Of a stretch of 64,000 bases of DNA, positions 30,010 through 43,115 are shown piece by piece. The position numbers and the translations under genes were made by a program. Numbering within the stretch: position 1 is the first letter of the stretch; the number at the start of each line of letters is the position of its first letter. The notes beneath the pieces are model-generated. The model was given only the letters and a program-made list of their open reading frames with translations. It was not told where the DNA came from and made no database searches. The stretch is from the NCBI GenBank assembly GCA_025786725.1, contig JAHLTZ010000028.1:124001-188000 (forward strand), written 5' to 3'. The DNA comes from Syncephalis fuscata S228. Taxonomy: Eukaryota; Fungi; Zoopagomycota.

Positions 30010-32481
30010 ATGGCTCTACGGTTGTTGTCACGTCAATTGGGCGGAGTGTCAGTCAACACGAGTAAGCGTTTACTCGGTCGTTCTATTATGGCACCAGTAG
30101 CCATTGGTATGTCTAGGTTATCTGTAACGCCAATAGGTCATGCTGGTTATGCAACAGCCACCAGTAAAGAAACGGTATTGTATAGCACATAATGGATACA
30201 GTTACAGTATCTTATTCTATTATTCATATTAGGCAGTATTAGAGCGTATTGAAAAAAAGCGCCAACAGGCACAACAAGGTGGTGGTCAAGCACGCATTGA
30301 TGCTCAACATAAGAAGGTACTGTATATATATGAATATATATATATGGATATATAGATAGATATATATTATTAATATTTATTGAATAGGGTAAATTAACCG
30401 CCCGTGAACGTATTCATCTTTTACTCGATGAAGGATCCTTCCGAGAATATGATACATTTGTTGAACATCAATGTGTTGATTTTGGTATGGACAAGAATAA
30501 GGTAATATTGATTATATATATATGGATATATGGATATATATAATATTTAATGGATATATTCTAATAACAAGTATCATTAGATTACTGGTGATGGCGTTGT
30601 TACAGGCAAGTTATTATTATTTAATTTATTATTAACATTTTACTTACATTATGGTGGTATTGTTAGGCTATGGTACTGTTAATGGACGTACTATCTATGT
30701 ATTTAGTCAAGACTTTACGGCTTTTGGTGGTAGTTTATCTAAAATGCATGCCACAAAGATTTGTAAAGTATGTAATGACTATACCCTATTGTAAATATAT
30801 TTATATTTATTTTATATATCTATATATCTATATATCTATATAGGTTATGGATAAGGCAATGCTAGTCGGTGCTCCACTTATTGGATTGAATGACTCGGGT
30901 GGTGCACGTATTCAAGAAGGTGTTGATTCATTGGCTGGTTATGCCGATATCTTCCAGGTAAGTATAGTTGATTAAAAGATAATTAGAGCCTATTCAATAT
31001 ATTCAATATATTTAACATATATATTAATCATGAGTAATAATTGTATAGAAAAATGTACTTGCATCAGGAGTTATACCACAAATCTCTTTGATTATGGGCC
31101 CATGTGCTGGTTAGTAGACTATTTAATCATTTTTAATCAATTTTAGTTGTAATATTTATATGTAAATACATTTGATTAGGCGGTGCCGTCTATTCACCAG
31201 CTTTGACTGATTTCACTTTTATGGTACGTGATACGTCCTATCTCTTTGTTACTGGCCCGGATGTGGTTAAGGCCGTAACAAATGAGACAGTGACTCAAGA
31301 AGAGTTGGGTGGTGCCAAAGCACATACAGTAAAGTCAGGTAATTAGAACAAATACATACAAATGTATATGATACTTATACTAAATAGGTGTGGCACATAA
31401 TGCATTTGAAAATGATATTGAGGCATTGGCAAAATTACGTGAATTTATTGATTTCCTTCCGTTGTCAAACAATGAACAAGTACCACAGCGATACACAGCT
31501 GATCCAGTGTAGGTTGATTTATCATTGGCATACTGTATATTAAATGGAAATATGATAGAAATCGACATGACGATGCTCTTAACACACTAGTTCCCATTGA
31601 TAGTACTAAGGCCTATGACATCAAGGAAGTTGTTCGTCGTGTAAGTGTAGATAGAAGAAATACAGATTGAGAGAAGGGAGATATATAGCCATGACAATTA
31701 TGGATATACATGTATATATATAATTAAAGTAATATAAAATAAGCAATTCATTAACCATCCTTGTATAACTATTAGTTAGTAGATGATGGAGATTTCTTTG
31801 AAATCATGCCTGATTATGCAAAGAATATTGTTATTGGATTTGCCCGTATGGGTGGTCGTACTGTTTCAATTATTGGCAATCAACCATTAGTGTCATCAGG
31901 TGTGCTTGATATTAATGCATCGGTTAAAGCAGCTCGATTTGTACGATTCTGTGATGCATTTAACATTCCACTTATTACGCTGGTTGATGTACCTGGATTC
32001 TTACCGGGTACTGCTCAAGAACATAATGGTATTATTCGACATGGTGCCAAACTACTCTATGCCTATGCCGAGGCCACTGTACCCAAGGTGACAGTCATTA
32101 CTCGTAAGGCATATGGTGGTGCCTATGATGTTATGAGTTCGAAACATCTACGTGGTGATGTTAACTACGCTTGGCCAAGTGCCGAGATTGCCGTCATGGG
32201 TGCCAAGGGTGCCGTAGAAATTATCTTCCGTCATCAACAAAACCGAGGTAATTGGAGTGATGTAGCTGTGTATATAGTACGATTAACACAATTGAATAGC
32301 TGAAGCGGAACAAGAATATATTCGCAAGTTTGCTAATCCATTACCCGCTGCTCAGCGAGGCTTCCTCGACGATGTGATTCTTCCATCGACGACACGCTCT
32401 CGTATCATTGAAGATTTGAAGGTATTGCGTAATAAGCGTCTTACTAATCCTACCAAGAAGCATGGCAATATCCCGCTTTAA
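30010..32481 (+). CDS. PCCB: Propionyl-CoA carboxylase beta subunit (carboxyltransferase), mitochondrial
   Basis: [80 protein letters not shown]-terminus KKHGNIPL*. Confidence 0.95.
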
Positions 32482-32563
32482 TCAAATATAACATTTGCTG
32501 CTTATTTTACATTTAAATGTGTAGTTATAGTATATTAATGAGTATTACAGTTGGTTAATGTCA

Positions 32564-33498
32564 TTAAACTAAAACACCCGAGTAAATGGCTCGTGGGTAT
32601 TTATCTTTTAATGTTGGCCATTGTACAACAAAACAATCCACTGCTAAATAGAGAATACGGCCTGTAAGTGAAAGTGTTTGTGTTCGAGCAAATGATTCGA
32701 CATAGACTATTTGTGTATTACTTAGACCCAGTGCCTATATTATGAATATTAATATTAATATTAGATTGATATTGCTATTATTGCTTAATTACTTACTCGA
32801 TATATTAATATAATGACACAGACTGGAACACAACTACCTGGCCCATTACAAATAAACTAATTTTGATTATTCATTCATTTAATTAGACTGGCTAGTATTA
32901 TTGATTTATATCATTACCAGATCAGGTGATTGTTGCCAAATAATACTAATAGCTGCTATTGCCGACTTGATAACACTCCATGGTGTAGTTAGAAAGCTTT
33001 GTCCGACCTTACGGGCTCGTGGTAATGAACATATTGTATACTGAATGATGTTAGACGTATAGTTGATCAATTTATACGAATACTTACATTTTTACCGTTT
33101 GTGTTTGTGGTTGGTTTGCTTCCCATCGTATGGTACGCCGCTCACTTAGTGTATCTCCTTCAGTAATAATATAAGTGCGTGGTGTATACCGTTGCAGGCA
33201 AAGTGCCTGTAATAATGCCAACATTTCAGTTGTATGACCACCTATGTGTATACATGTGTATTAGAATAGATAGTCAACTAGTGCTATTGTATTTGCTATT
33301 TAATAGCACAATACTATGCTTAACCTACCTAACCAAGCAGAATTGTTACGCGACAAAAGTGCTTAGTAAGTTGAAGTGGTTCAATGGGTCCTTTGTGCAG
33401 ACCAGATATAATATACCATAGCCGTAATGCTAAAAGCAGTAGACAACATACAACACCGCCTAGTTATAGATTGCCGATATAGGCCAAATAAAAGCCAT
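32564..33498 (-). CDS. ALG14: UDP-GlcNAc transferase subunit Alg14 (not in ORF track; short exons)
   Basis: Hand translation: N-terminal TM, LLG(S)|GGHTTEML, YTPRTYII, LPRARKVGQS, PDL|FICNGPGSCVP, VYVESFARTQTLSLTG, FVVQWP. Confidence 0.92.
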
Positions 33499-33962
33499 TA
33501 TTACTACAACCAGTGCTATGTAATTACAACTAAACCAATGTGAATGAATAAACAAACAAAGAGGAATAGTACTATTTGAATATGATTATCGATATAGATA
33601 GTATTCTATTTATATTGATTGGTGACTTGAATAATAATGATAATAAGGTTGATCAAAATACTACATCATTTATCAAGTAAAGATTTTGAGTTAAATATAT
33701 ATATAATTGTTGTATTTAGCATATTGATACTACATTAATTAGCAATGTAATAGATTTAAAGAGTAACTTCTAATAATGAAATACAATTAAACTCTATAAA
33801 TATATGAATAAACAATTTTATTTGACAAAAAGGTCGTAAATTAAAATTGTCTAACTGTTTTTAAATGATGACGCAAAAGAAAAAAACGTTGAATCGTGAA
33901 AGTTATTTACAAAAATGTTGAAAAAAAACGAAAGAGCAAAAGAAGTGTTGTTGTAGTTGTGT

Positions 33963-36900
33963 TTACCATAGTGCAAAAGTTGCACCAATGGTGCGACAAA
34001 TAAAGCCGCCTAGTTGTGCAAGATAGCTGGGACCGAAGACAACGCCTGCACTGGCTACGCGCAGGCAAATGCCAATGATCACAAGACAGACCCAAAGGAA
34101 GGCCACTAGAATAGTTATTATGAATTAGCATTGGTAAATAGATAAGAATTTGTAAAACTTACAAAAGTGAATAGCTGAAGCGGCCACCAGTGATTGGATG
34201 GATGTTTTTAAGCCTGATTGGCTACGCTTAGGTGCTGACGATGTTGTTTGGGTGGTGTCAGAGCACTATTAATTATAATGATGATGTTAGATAATGAATT
34301 ATGTTATATTATTGCTATTACATACCATTACGTTTTCTATTGTTGTGCGTTGTCGAATTTGATGGTTGTTGGCGGTGTGTATAGATGTGCTATTAGCGAT
34401 GGATAAAGGTTGCGTTTGATGACTATTATTATTAATATTATTGTTGTTATCGATGCTATTATCATCCATAACGGAAGTGGTAGTAGCTGTAGTAGATGTT
34501 GTAAGTGATGCATCATTAACTGTGAACTGAGCAATGTCGGTAATACACTATTAGCGATACCTCGTAAACTTGGACGTCGTGAACGAGGCATTTCAGCTGT
34601 AGCCGTGACAATCTGCGATAAACAGCCCAGCAATGCATCACTCGCCGAATGGGCACGTTGATGTAGTGCCTTGTAGGTTCCAATGATGTGGCCGTCATTA
34701 TTGGTTCGCTGATTTGTAGGAAGTGAACGAAGTCCACCTCCTTGTGAATTGATTCGTCGAATAAATCGACGTGGGCGCGGTGGTAAGGCCGAATATTCTG
34801 GCGCAGAGACAGATCGTTCAATAGTGCTAGTAGTCGTGGTTGTATTGGCATTGCTATTTAAAGCTGTTTCACGCGCAGTGAATGTATCCTTTAAAATTTC
34901 AGATACAATAGGAGACTCAGGACAATCATCAGTCTTCAAAATTTCAAAATCACCAATGGCAACTTCGTCAGGATCAGTCAAAATAGATAGTTGATCCGTG
35001 TTGTACACTAGTTCTAAATAAAATGCTTCAAGAAGTTTATCTTCTACAGCAGCAGTTTTAATACTGCTTTCAGCCGATTCTAGCTGTGTCATAAATGTAT
35101 TTGCTAAATTAAATTGATCCGTCTCGGTAATTTTATCGCAAGTATCTACGGCAATATCGTTGGAAGGTATATCGATGTTCAATACGGTCGTATCCATATC
35201 TTGATCTAATATAAAATTAAATTTAATGCTATCCGACCAATCCATTGAAAATGAACGTTGTAGACGTAGTATAGGTGATGCGTCAGCGTATACCGAAGAG
35301 ATACATGGCATTGAGTGTCCACGTCTTTGTAATGATGGCTTGTTCATTGGAACTGCATCATGTAAAAAGAATTCGTCTGTAGCTTGTATGTCCTCGCCAT
35401 TTGATTCTGGTGTATTTGGGTCGTCAAACACATCATTAGGCAATAACTTCGTAATAGAACTGTTGTCGATTAAATTGTCTTCGAGTACCAATTCTTTAGT
35501 AAATATTTCATCGACTGCCAATTTACTCGTCCCATCTTTTCTTTCTACAAGAGTATCGCCTAACAAATCATCAACTGTACTCAGTTCTGTATTATTACCA
35601 ATGGAAATATTTTTGGCTTCATTGAAACGCTCAGTTTCCAAAGTAAATTCTATTTGTGTTTCTTTAAAGACTAGCTGCACAGGCTCATTTGCTATTGGTA
35701 ATAGCATCTTGTGACACTCAATGTTGGTTGCAGCCTCGATATTACTAATTTGTGGCTTTTTCTCTATACTCGTATCGTAATTGTATGGATTTCTGGAAGC
35801 CGTGTGTAACTCGACTGCTTTCTTTTCATTCTTTTGATCCAATAATAAATTACTGAATCCAATTGGAATAGTAGATAGAAATTCGCTGTGTTCATCAATA
35901 GATGTGTCAACGACGATGGATGACGATCGGGCCGGTGTTGCAGGCACAGCGGGCGCCACTGACGATGCACGACGGCTATCGAGTAGCGTCATTTCTTGAT
36001 CTTCTTCCCTGAACATCAATGGAATTAAATTTGTGACTGTTTCATGATGTGTGTATGGTGCAGTTGGGTCATCTGCATTTGCCAGTGTATTTTCATCACA
36101 AATGTTATTATTGTGAGCAAATATTTCTGATTCCTGGCTACTTCCGCCACTCTGACTGCGTTCACGCTTTGATTGGCCATCGTAGCTGCTACTTTGGCTT
36201 TCACTTGGCAATAGCTCGGCGGCCTCGTCGTTGCCAAGCGCATAGCGACGCAGGTCCCGACCATGCCAATGTAGTCACGTTCTTGATCGCTGTAGTGGCT
36301 ATCCATTGAATCGCGCACTTGAGCCACGGCTTGCCCAAATCGAGGAAATCCTAGACTACTGGTGGGTGTGGTAGCCTGCGATGAATACTTGCTGCTAGTA
36401 TTGGTAATGATGACAGGTGCTTTTCTGCGTTTACGCTTGCTGTTAGAACGCAGATGATGACCAAAGCTCAAACGGGATAATACGGTAGAATGACCATGCT
36501 TGGCTATGGAGCTGGATACCGAGGAGACAGATGACGAAGACGATACAAGTTTATCAGATGGCATGGACGGGCTCCGAGAATTGGATAGATGGAACGTGAT
36601 TTGGTCATGGCAGGCGGTTGGGAATTGGCTTTGTGAATTCTGGATTGCCATATGGTTGTCCAAGTCTGTGGTATCAGAATCGCGTGACATTTGCAGTGCA
36701 TCGTTGCTCGCGTTATTAATGCTTAAACGAGCTGAAGGAAGGGCTCGAAAGCTGGGTGACCTAGACAACGGTTTACCACGTTTGACGCCTTTGCCTCGAA
36801 GTCGACGCCACCACGAAAGGATACGTCCGTCCGTGCGAGTTTTACGCTTACTTACAGAATGCTGTCGTGACAGTGAAGTGCCTACTGTCGTAGTTGCGTT

Positions 36901-37137
36901 GTTTTTTTGTTCGACTGTATTGTTATGTAGCAAACTAGTTGGCAACAAATTGTTTACTTCATGACAATCTGAACGGGAAGTATGATGGTGAGCATTAATG
37001 TCACCAGAAATATTTGTACAAAGTGAATCAGCAGCAGTTGTCGTTTTACTGCTAGATTTTTTGCGGCCAAATATTCTTTTTACTGTGCGCGATACGCTTT
37101 TAGCCAGCCGAACTGGCGCTTTTAGTAGTTTGGGCAT
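33963..37137 (-). CDS. Large low-complexity protein of unknown function with C-terminal hydrophobic anchor
   Basis: ORFs 36025-37179 and 34337-36211 joined by one frameshift; basic/Ser-rich N-terminus, acidic middle; spliced 3' exons end in VAFLWVCLVIIGICLRVASAGVVF...ATFALW*. Confidence 0.6.
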
Positions 37138-37238
37138 GATGGTAATACGGTTAGTAGTGTAATAGTAGTGATTATGCAATAATCAGTGGAGATAGCCTGC
37201 TAGTCGCTGTTGCCTTAATTGGGTAAATTGTAATTGTA

Positions 37239-38904
37239 ATTATTATAATAAAATTGGAGTATCAAAATAAATTGCGAAAGACGGCTTGGTCGTTTGACGG
37301 TGGATTAATAAATAATCATAAATCAGCCAAGAAAATCACAAGTAATCCTCCATGTGATGATATCGATAACAACGACAGCAATACCAAGTAGAATGCAAGA
37401 TAAACAGACACAGATAAAAATAAATAATGTAAGTAGAACAGCGTGCCAGGTAGCTTTCTCGGGGCGTCCTCGACCAGAGCAGCATGACTTTTATTTTAAT
37501 ACTCGGCCAGATGTACGCGTGTCTGCTTGCCTGTGTAGCAACGTTTGCGGCGACATTGCAACAGCGATGGCATTGGTGTTTGAGTGGCGCCTCTGTTTAA
37601 CAAGGATGCCGCTCCTTTGGTGTATCGAATCGCGTTACACACACAAGCACACGCACACAAAGATAGAAAAACAGGCAGATACACACATACATACAGATAT
37701 ACATTATAACAGTCGTACCTTCATAGCTATCCGCCTATGTTAGTAGCTGGTGGTTGGTTATTATTACACATTCCCATTTATGTGAACTATGTCGTTGATA
37801 AGATTGATTGGCTTGATTTCCACTTCCATTCGGACTATTATGACAGTGCCAACTATTATTTTACCGGATCAGATTGTAGTATTGCGCGTTAAACAGACAA
37901 TTGACATGCATAAGCGAGCAATGGTGCAAATGAGTCTTATTGAGATAATTGTACGATGCAAGTAAATTTTAACTGTGACTACGGCGTTAAGCACTATCAC
38001 CGACGTACATAGCAGCAATTGCGTATTATTTTCGCTCAGAGCTAATCTTTTTTCTAGCTGCCGTGCCACCTTTGTATCACCTTACACATTTTGATGGTTG
38101 TGATAAAAAAGCAAAAGTATACTACAATTACTGTTATGTATGTCAGCGAACATTATCGTCAATGTGCTCATGGCCAATGTTACTTGCATCGTACAATTAT
38201 CTCAATAAGACTCATTTGCACCATTGCTCGCTTATGCATGTCAATTGTCTGTTTAACGCGCAATACTACATCTGATCCGGTAAAATAATAGTTGGCACTG
38301 TCATAATAGTCCGAATGGAAGTGGAAATCAAGCCAATCAATCTTATCAACGACATAGTTCACATAAATGGGAATGTGTAATAATAACCAACCACCAGCTA
38401 CTAACATAGGCGGATAGCTATGAAGGTACGACTGTTATAATGTATATCTGTATGTATGTGTGTATCTGCCTGTTTTTCTATCTTTGTGTGTGTGTGCTTG
38501 TGTGTGTAACGCGATTCGATACACCAAAGGAGCGGCATCCTTGTTAAACAGAGGCGCCACTCAAACACCAATGCCATCGCTGTTGCAATGTCGCCGCAAA
38601 CGTTGCTACACAGGCAAGCAGACACGCGTACATCTGGCCGAGTATTAAAATAAAAGTCATGCTGCTCTGGTCGAGGACGCCCCGAGAAAGCTACCTGGCA
38701 CGCTGTTCTACTTCCATTATTTATTTTTATCTGTGTCTGTTTATCTTGCATTCTACTTGGTATTGCTGCGTTGTTATCGATATCATCACATGGAGGATTA
38801 CTTGTGATTTTCTTGGCTGATTTATGATTATTTATTAATCCACCGTCAAACGACCAAGCCGTCTTTCGCAATTTATTTTGATACTCCAATTTTATTATAA
38901 TAAT
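37239..38904. repeat. Inverted duplication: arms 37239-37965 and 38180-38904, 214-bp spacer
   Basis: Mirror ORFs; arms nearly identical, with about 4 differences seen (two 1-bp indels, two substitutions). Confidence 0.95.
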
Positions 38905-39729
38905 CATAACCTGTTGATTAAAATTTATTTAAACCAATTTATTAATATTATCCAATAGTATTATAGCTGTGATTAGACGGCCACAGTTAAAAACAAAGAT
39001 GCACAAACGAAAGAAATTTTAATAATTTAGCTTTTTTACAAGCATTATGGCACTTGGTGGATATTTAATAGTAAGCGTATATTAGTTAGAAGGAGAATGG
39101 TAAAGTCATTATAAAAGCGGTTTACAGTTTTTAACTAAACAGCTTTTATTGCCAATAAGCAGTCTTAAATATACAAAAATAGTGCTATATTTAATTTGAT
39201 AGTAACATAATTTAAGTAACAGTTTTTCAGCTCATAGTAAACGTAAGTGTTTTTTAAGACAGCTGTTGCATAATACGTCTTCGGAAATATATTACAGCCC
39301 TTTCAGTGACTTTAATAGATTTGCGATGTAACGACAAGCTACAAGGCCATAAGTGTGTCACGCCAGATTTGTATTCCAAATATTCTGCTGTAACAGAATT
39401 CCGGTTTACGGGCAACAAACCAGTTAATCAAGTCTATGTATTGACGAAATCGATGTGTTGACACATGCATTCATGCATCAATAGACATTTGGCCATTATT
39501 GCCAACACCATCTTAGTTTACTCCTTAAATTCGTTCTTTTCTGATTTCTTATTTTTGTATTATCAGCGACTGATTTTACTTTTTATATCTACGTAGTCGT
39601 AGCCGTTCAATCACCTTAGCGTTAGTTTATTGAATTAATTTTGTAGTGCATTTAAAATAGCGTCAATTTTAAAATTTGTATCAATTCCTTCGTTCTGTCT
39701 TTCTGCTGGTTGTTCTAGCGTAAATCAAT

Positions 39730-41464
39730 ATGGGATCTAACGATCCGAAGGCTTTCAAAAATGGGAGCAATCGAGGGACGAGATAATAGCCATTTATAGC
39801 TTTTTACTGATTGTATTTTTATTTGGAAATACATCAACAGCAATTGTGTTTTATCGTATGCGCCACCGTCCAATGATTCGATTTCGGACGCCATCATTGA
39901 CACTATTGGCCGTTGCCGCCAGTACAATAATCTGCATTAATATCTGTCTTAGAATGCTTTTCACTAGTAGAATTCCATGCTGGATTCAATTTTGGATCAC
40001 ATTTGTAATGACGCCAATGTACATGCTAGCGCATTGCCTTCGGGCTTGGCGCTTGATTGCACTGTATCGTATCGCTGAGGCAAGCGTTATAGGAGTCCGG
40101 CTTATATCCAAAAGTTCCGATACTCCAAGTTACGATGTTACCAGTGATGGCAGTTGGGCATTTCGAGATAAACATCAAGATTGCCAAAAAATTAATGCCA
40201 AAAATCGCGACAACTATTGCAGCTTTAATCAGTACGAGATGCAAGAGACTTTTCTCGACTATCCACAAACACCAGCTGGCGTAAATCCCATGCCCAAAAC
40301 TTCGACCATTACTCAGTGGATTATCAATCACCGTAATTTAGTACGTACTGCAATGCTATGGCGTGGCATGGCTTTTGTGTTTACGATACTTGTAATTGCA
40401 ATGTTTTTATACAATTATTTTCGAATAATATCAGCCTAGACCGAGTGCCTATAAAATATGAAAGCTTCTGTCATTACAGCTGGGAAATATATCCACTGCT
40501 TGCAACGGAAGGTGGTATTATAATATTGGCCGCTCCAATGTTTATCTTCTTTTTAAAAGGAGTACATGATACATTCGGTATTAAGAAAGAGCTTTTATTT
40601 ATTTGGATATCTTGGGTTGCTGTTTTTTAGCCTATATTCTTGGAACGATGTTCCTAGGAAACAAAGGCATTTTCCCACCTGTTTGCTATGTATTTATAGC
40701 TGCATTTGTAACCGAATTTATTTGTGTCTGCTTTCCAATTATCTGTTCATTACGCGAAAAACGCCAGCAAAAGCAACTGCTCGAGCAAGCTTATGGCAAT
40801 AACACCTCCGCAGAGGCAAATGACAGGCCATCTCTAACTTGTAATAATCGCTATTCCAATGCCGAAAAAGCACTTTCACGTCAGTCTTTTCAGGCATTAC
40901 TTAATGGCAAGACAACCTTTGAGCTTGTAAGTACATCTACAGAGACTAGCTTGCGTTTTGTTTTGCAAATATTTATATATTTACTTACAATCTTATTACA
41001 TTACACAGTTTAAAGCGTTTACTGTGCGTGACTTAAGTGTGGAAAATGTGCATTTTTATGATGCCTGTCGCAAAATACTGAATTACGTTGGAAATTCGCC
41101 AGTACTTCCCGAGGAACAGCAACTGTTGGCTGCATACCAAATAGGACTTGAGAGGCGTCTTGCTTGGCTGCGTGATACTTTTTTATTAGAATCATCCGAC
41201 TATCAAATTAATTTGCCCCATATACAACAACGTGATCTTTTACAGATGATAGACGGCGACATTTCCGACTTCAACCTGAGGGTATTGCAGGCAGCTCAGC
41301 ACGAAATAGAAACACTGATGTTTTTTGATACCTATCTGCGCTATTTGTCCAGTCAGTCTGCTTTGGAGCTATCTAATACGTTAACTTCTGAGAATAATGA
41401 GACAAGGCGCAAAGGGCAAAGTAAATTTGCATCGTTAATTATGCCTATCAGGTCGCTATTATAG
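39730..41464 (+). CDS. 7TM-RGS fusion protein (GPCR-like receptor with C-terminal RGS domain), paralog 1
   Basis: Seven hydrophobic segments; IRFRTP, IPCW, DTFGIKKEL; RGS motifs FKAFTVRDLSVENVHFYDAC, YQINLP, AQHEIETLMFFDTYLRYL; 1-bp breaks. Confidence 0.85.
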
Positions 41465-43115
41465 CTATGTTTCTATAAGAAGCATCTTGAATACAAATAG
41501 TAGTATAGCTACAGCATTACTGCTCTTTTTATCCAACAACTTGTATTTTTATAGCTTTAGATTATACTATCCGCATCAAACACTATCGCTTGTAATATTA
41601 TCCTATTAATAAACACAATGAGCAAAAAGTGAAATACATTTTATAGCACACACATATTCATTGTAAAAAAACACACACAGTAAATTAATTTAGTTATCGG
41701 GTGAATTAAATGCCTCGTTTGGCATGGTTGGCACATGGCACAGCCATGTGACATTCAGCTTGGTAACTCTTTTTGGAAATACTCACGTGGCAAAAATAAA
41801 TCAGCGTGTATGACGAAAATTACAATGGATTTTCAGTCCTATACTATGCCTATCCGCAAGCATATGTATTGTACACTGCCTTGAAACGACACTATTCTAT
41901 ACGCCTTGCGCGCTGGTAGTAAATCACGACAACAGCTACAATAGCATGACTTTATTATTTCTCTACACCTGGAAGCTTACTCGTGTTTATTTGTATTTTG
42001 CTTTATAGCAACAGTTCACAGGCTTTTACTAATTGCCACAATAAATAGCTAATTAATTAGTAGCGAAGTCCCAGGGTAATTAAAACACGTGTGTTGCCCC
42101 ACCACCTAGTTTCCTTTAATTTATTACTTTAACATACCTGTGCCACGTGTCTTAGCAAAGTGGTTGATCAACTGGGAATAGTTGCATGTAGTACTGCATG
42201 TTAAGTACTAATTCGTGTTTGTGTTATTATCATCTTTTACAATAGCTAATTTGGTTCGTTTCTAAACATATATTGAACCACAGCTATTTGGTAAAAGCTG
42301 TTATACAATTATAGTAAAGAATGCTTTATTGATGTAAAATAACATACTTATAAATGTATTATCAACGATCCACCTGACCTGCTAGGCATCAAACAAGGAC
42401 TCAGTGACCGCATGTATAAACTTACACATGGCGGTGCTGCAATCGGTCACAACATGCCGCTCGCACCGTATAATCAGCTAATCTAAATTTTGCCAAAATA
42501 CTGGCATAGCTATTTACTAAAGACACGCGTACTCAATGGTGCCTGACATCCACGTGCGGACTTTCTCCAACTGATATTGTCTATTAGTGTGTTGGTCAAT
42601 ACAGCGTAGAAATAGCGTTTGTATAAATTCCGGGAATCCACTGTGCATAGCGTTATTCCAATGGCATCCAGTTAATCTTCAGTCCATTTTATACATCGCC
42701 ATCACCTGTTTTTCTGGTTGTTATTTGCTTTGCCTTTTGTTTCTTGCAGAACTGCCGGTTCCCTTTCCATCCTTATTATCATTATTATTATTTTAGTATT
42801 TGTGTTCTGTTTGGTGCCAAGGTCTAGATTTGATTTCTGTTTATAGCTGCTACAATATATACTAGAAGCCTTTACCAGCCGCGGACAAACACACCAAATT
42901 CAGCATTTTTATGTAGAAGTTGTTAACGTTTCCTTTTTAAACATAGTATTCTTTTTTGTTTGCTCTTTTGTTTGTTTTGTGACTATCCCTTTTGCGGCAG
43001 TCGATAGGACTATATCTTTGCCAGCATTGAGTGCCAGCATCCTATTATAGTAGCCGTTGACGTATCACTTTTATATATATATACTGTGCTGTTTTAGATC
43101 TGCACCGTAATCATC

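Noticed and set aside
33325-33340. Apparent in-frame TAG at the ALG14 LG(S)GGH motif, suggesting stop-codon reassignment
   Set aside because: Explained by a missing C (TCAG read as TAG) at the exon end. TAA, TAG and TGA all serve as normal stops elsewhere in the window.
37354-38907. Mirror-image ORFs of 129 and 168 aa in the second inverted repeat
   Set aside because: No recognisable motifs, contain (CA)n-derived HTHT runs, and the frame is not preserved between arms.
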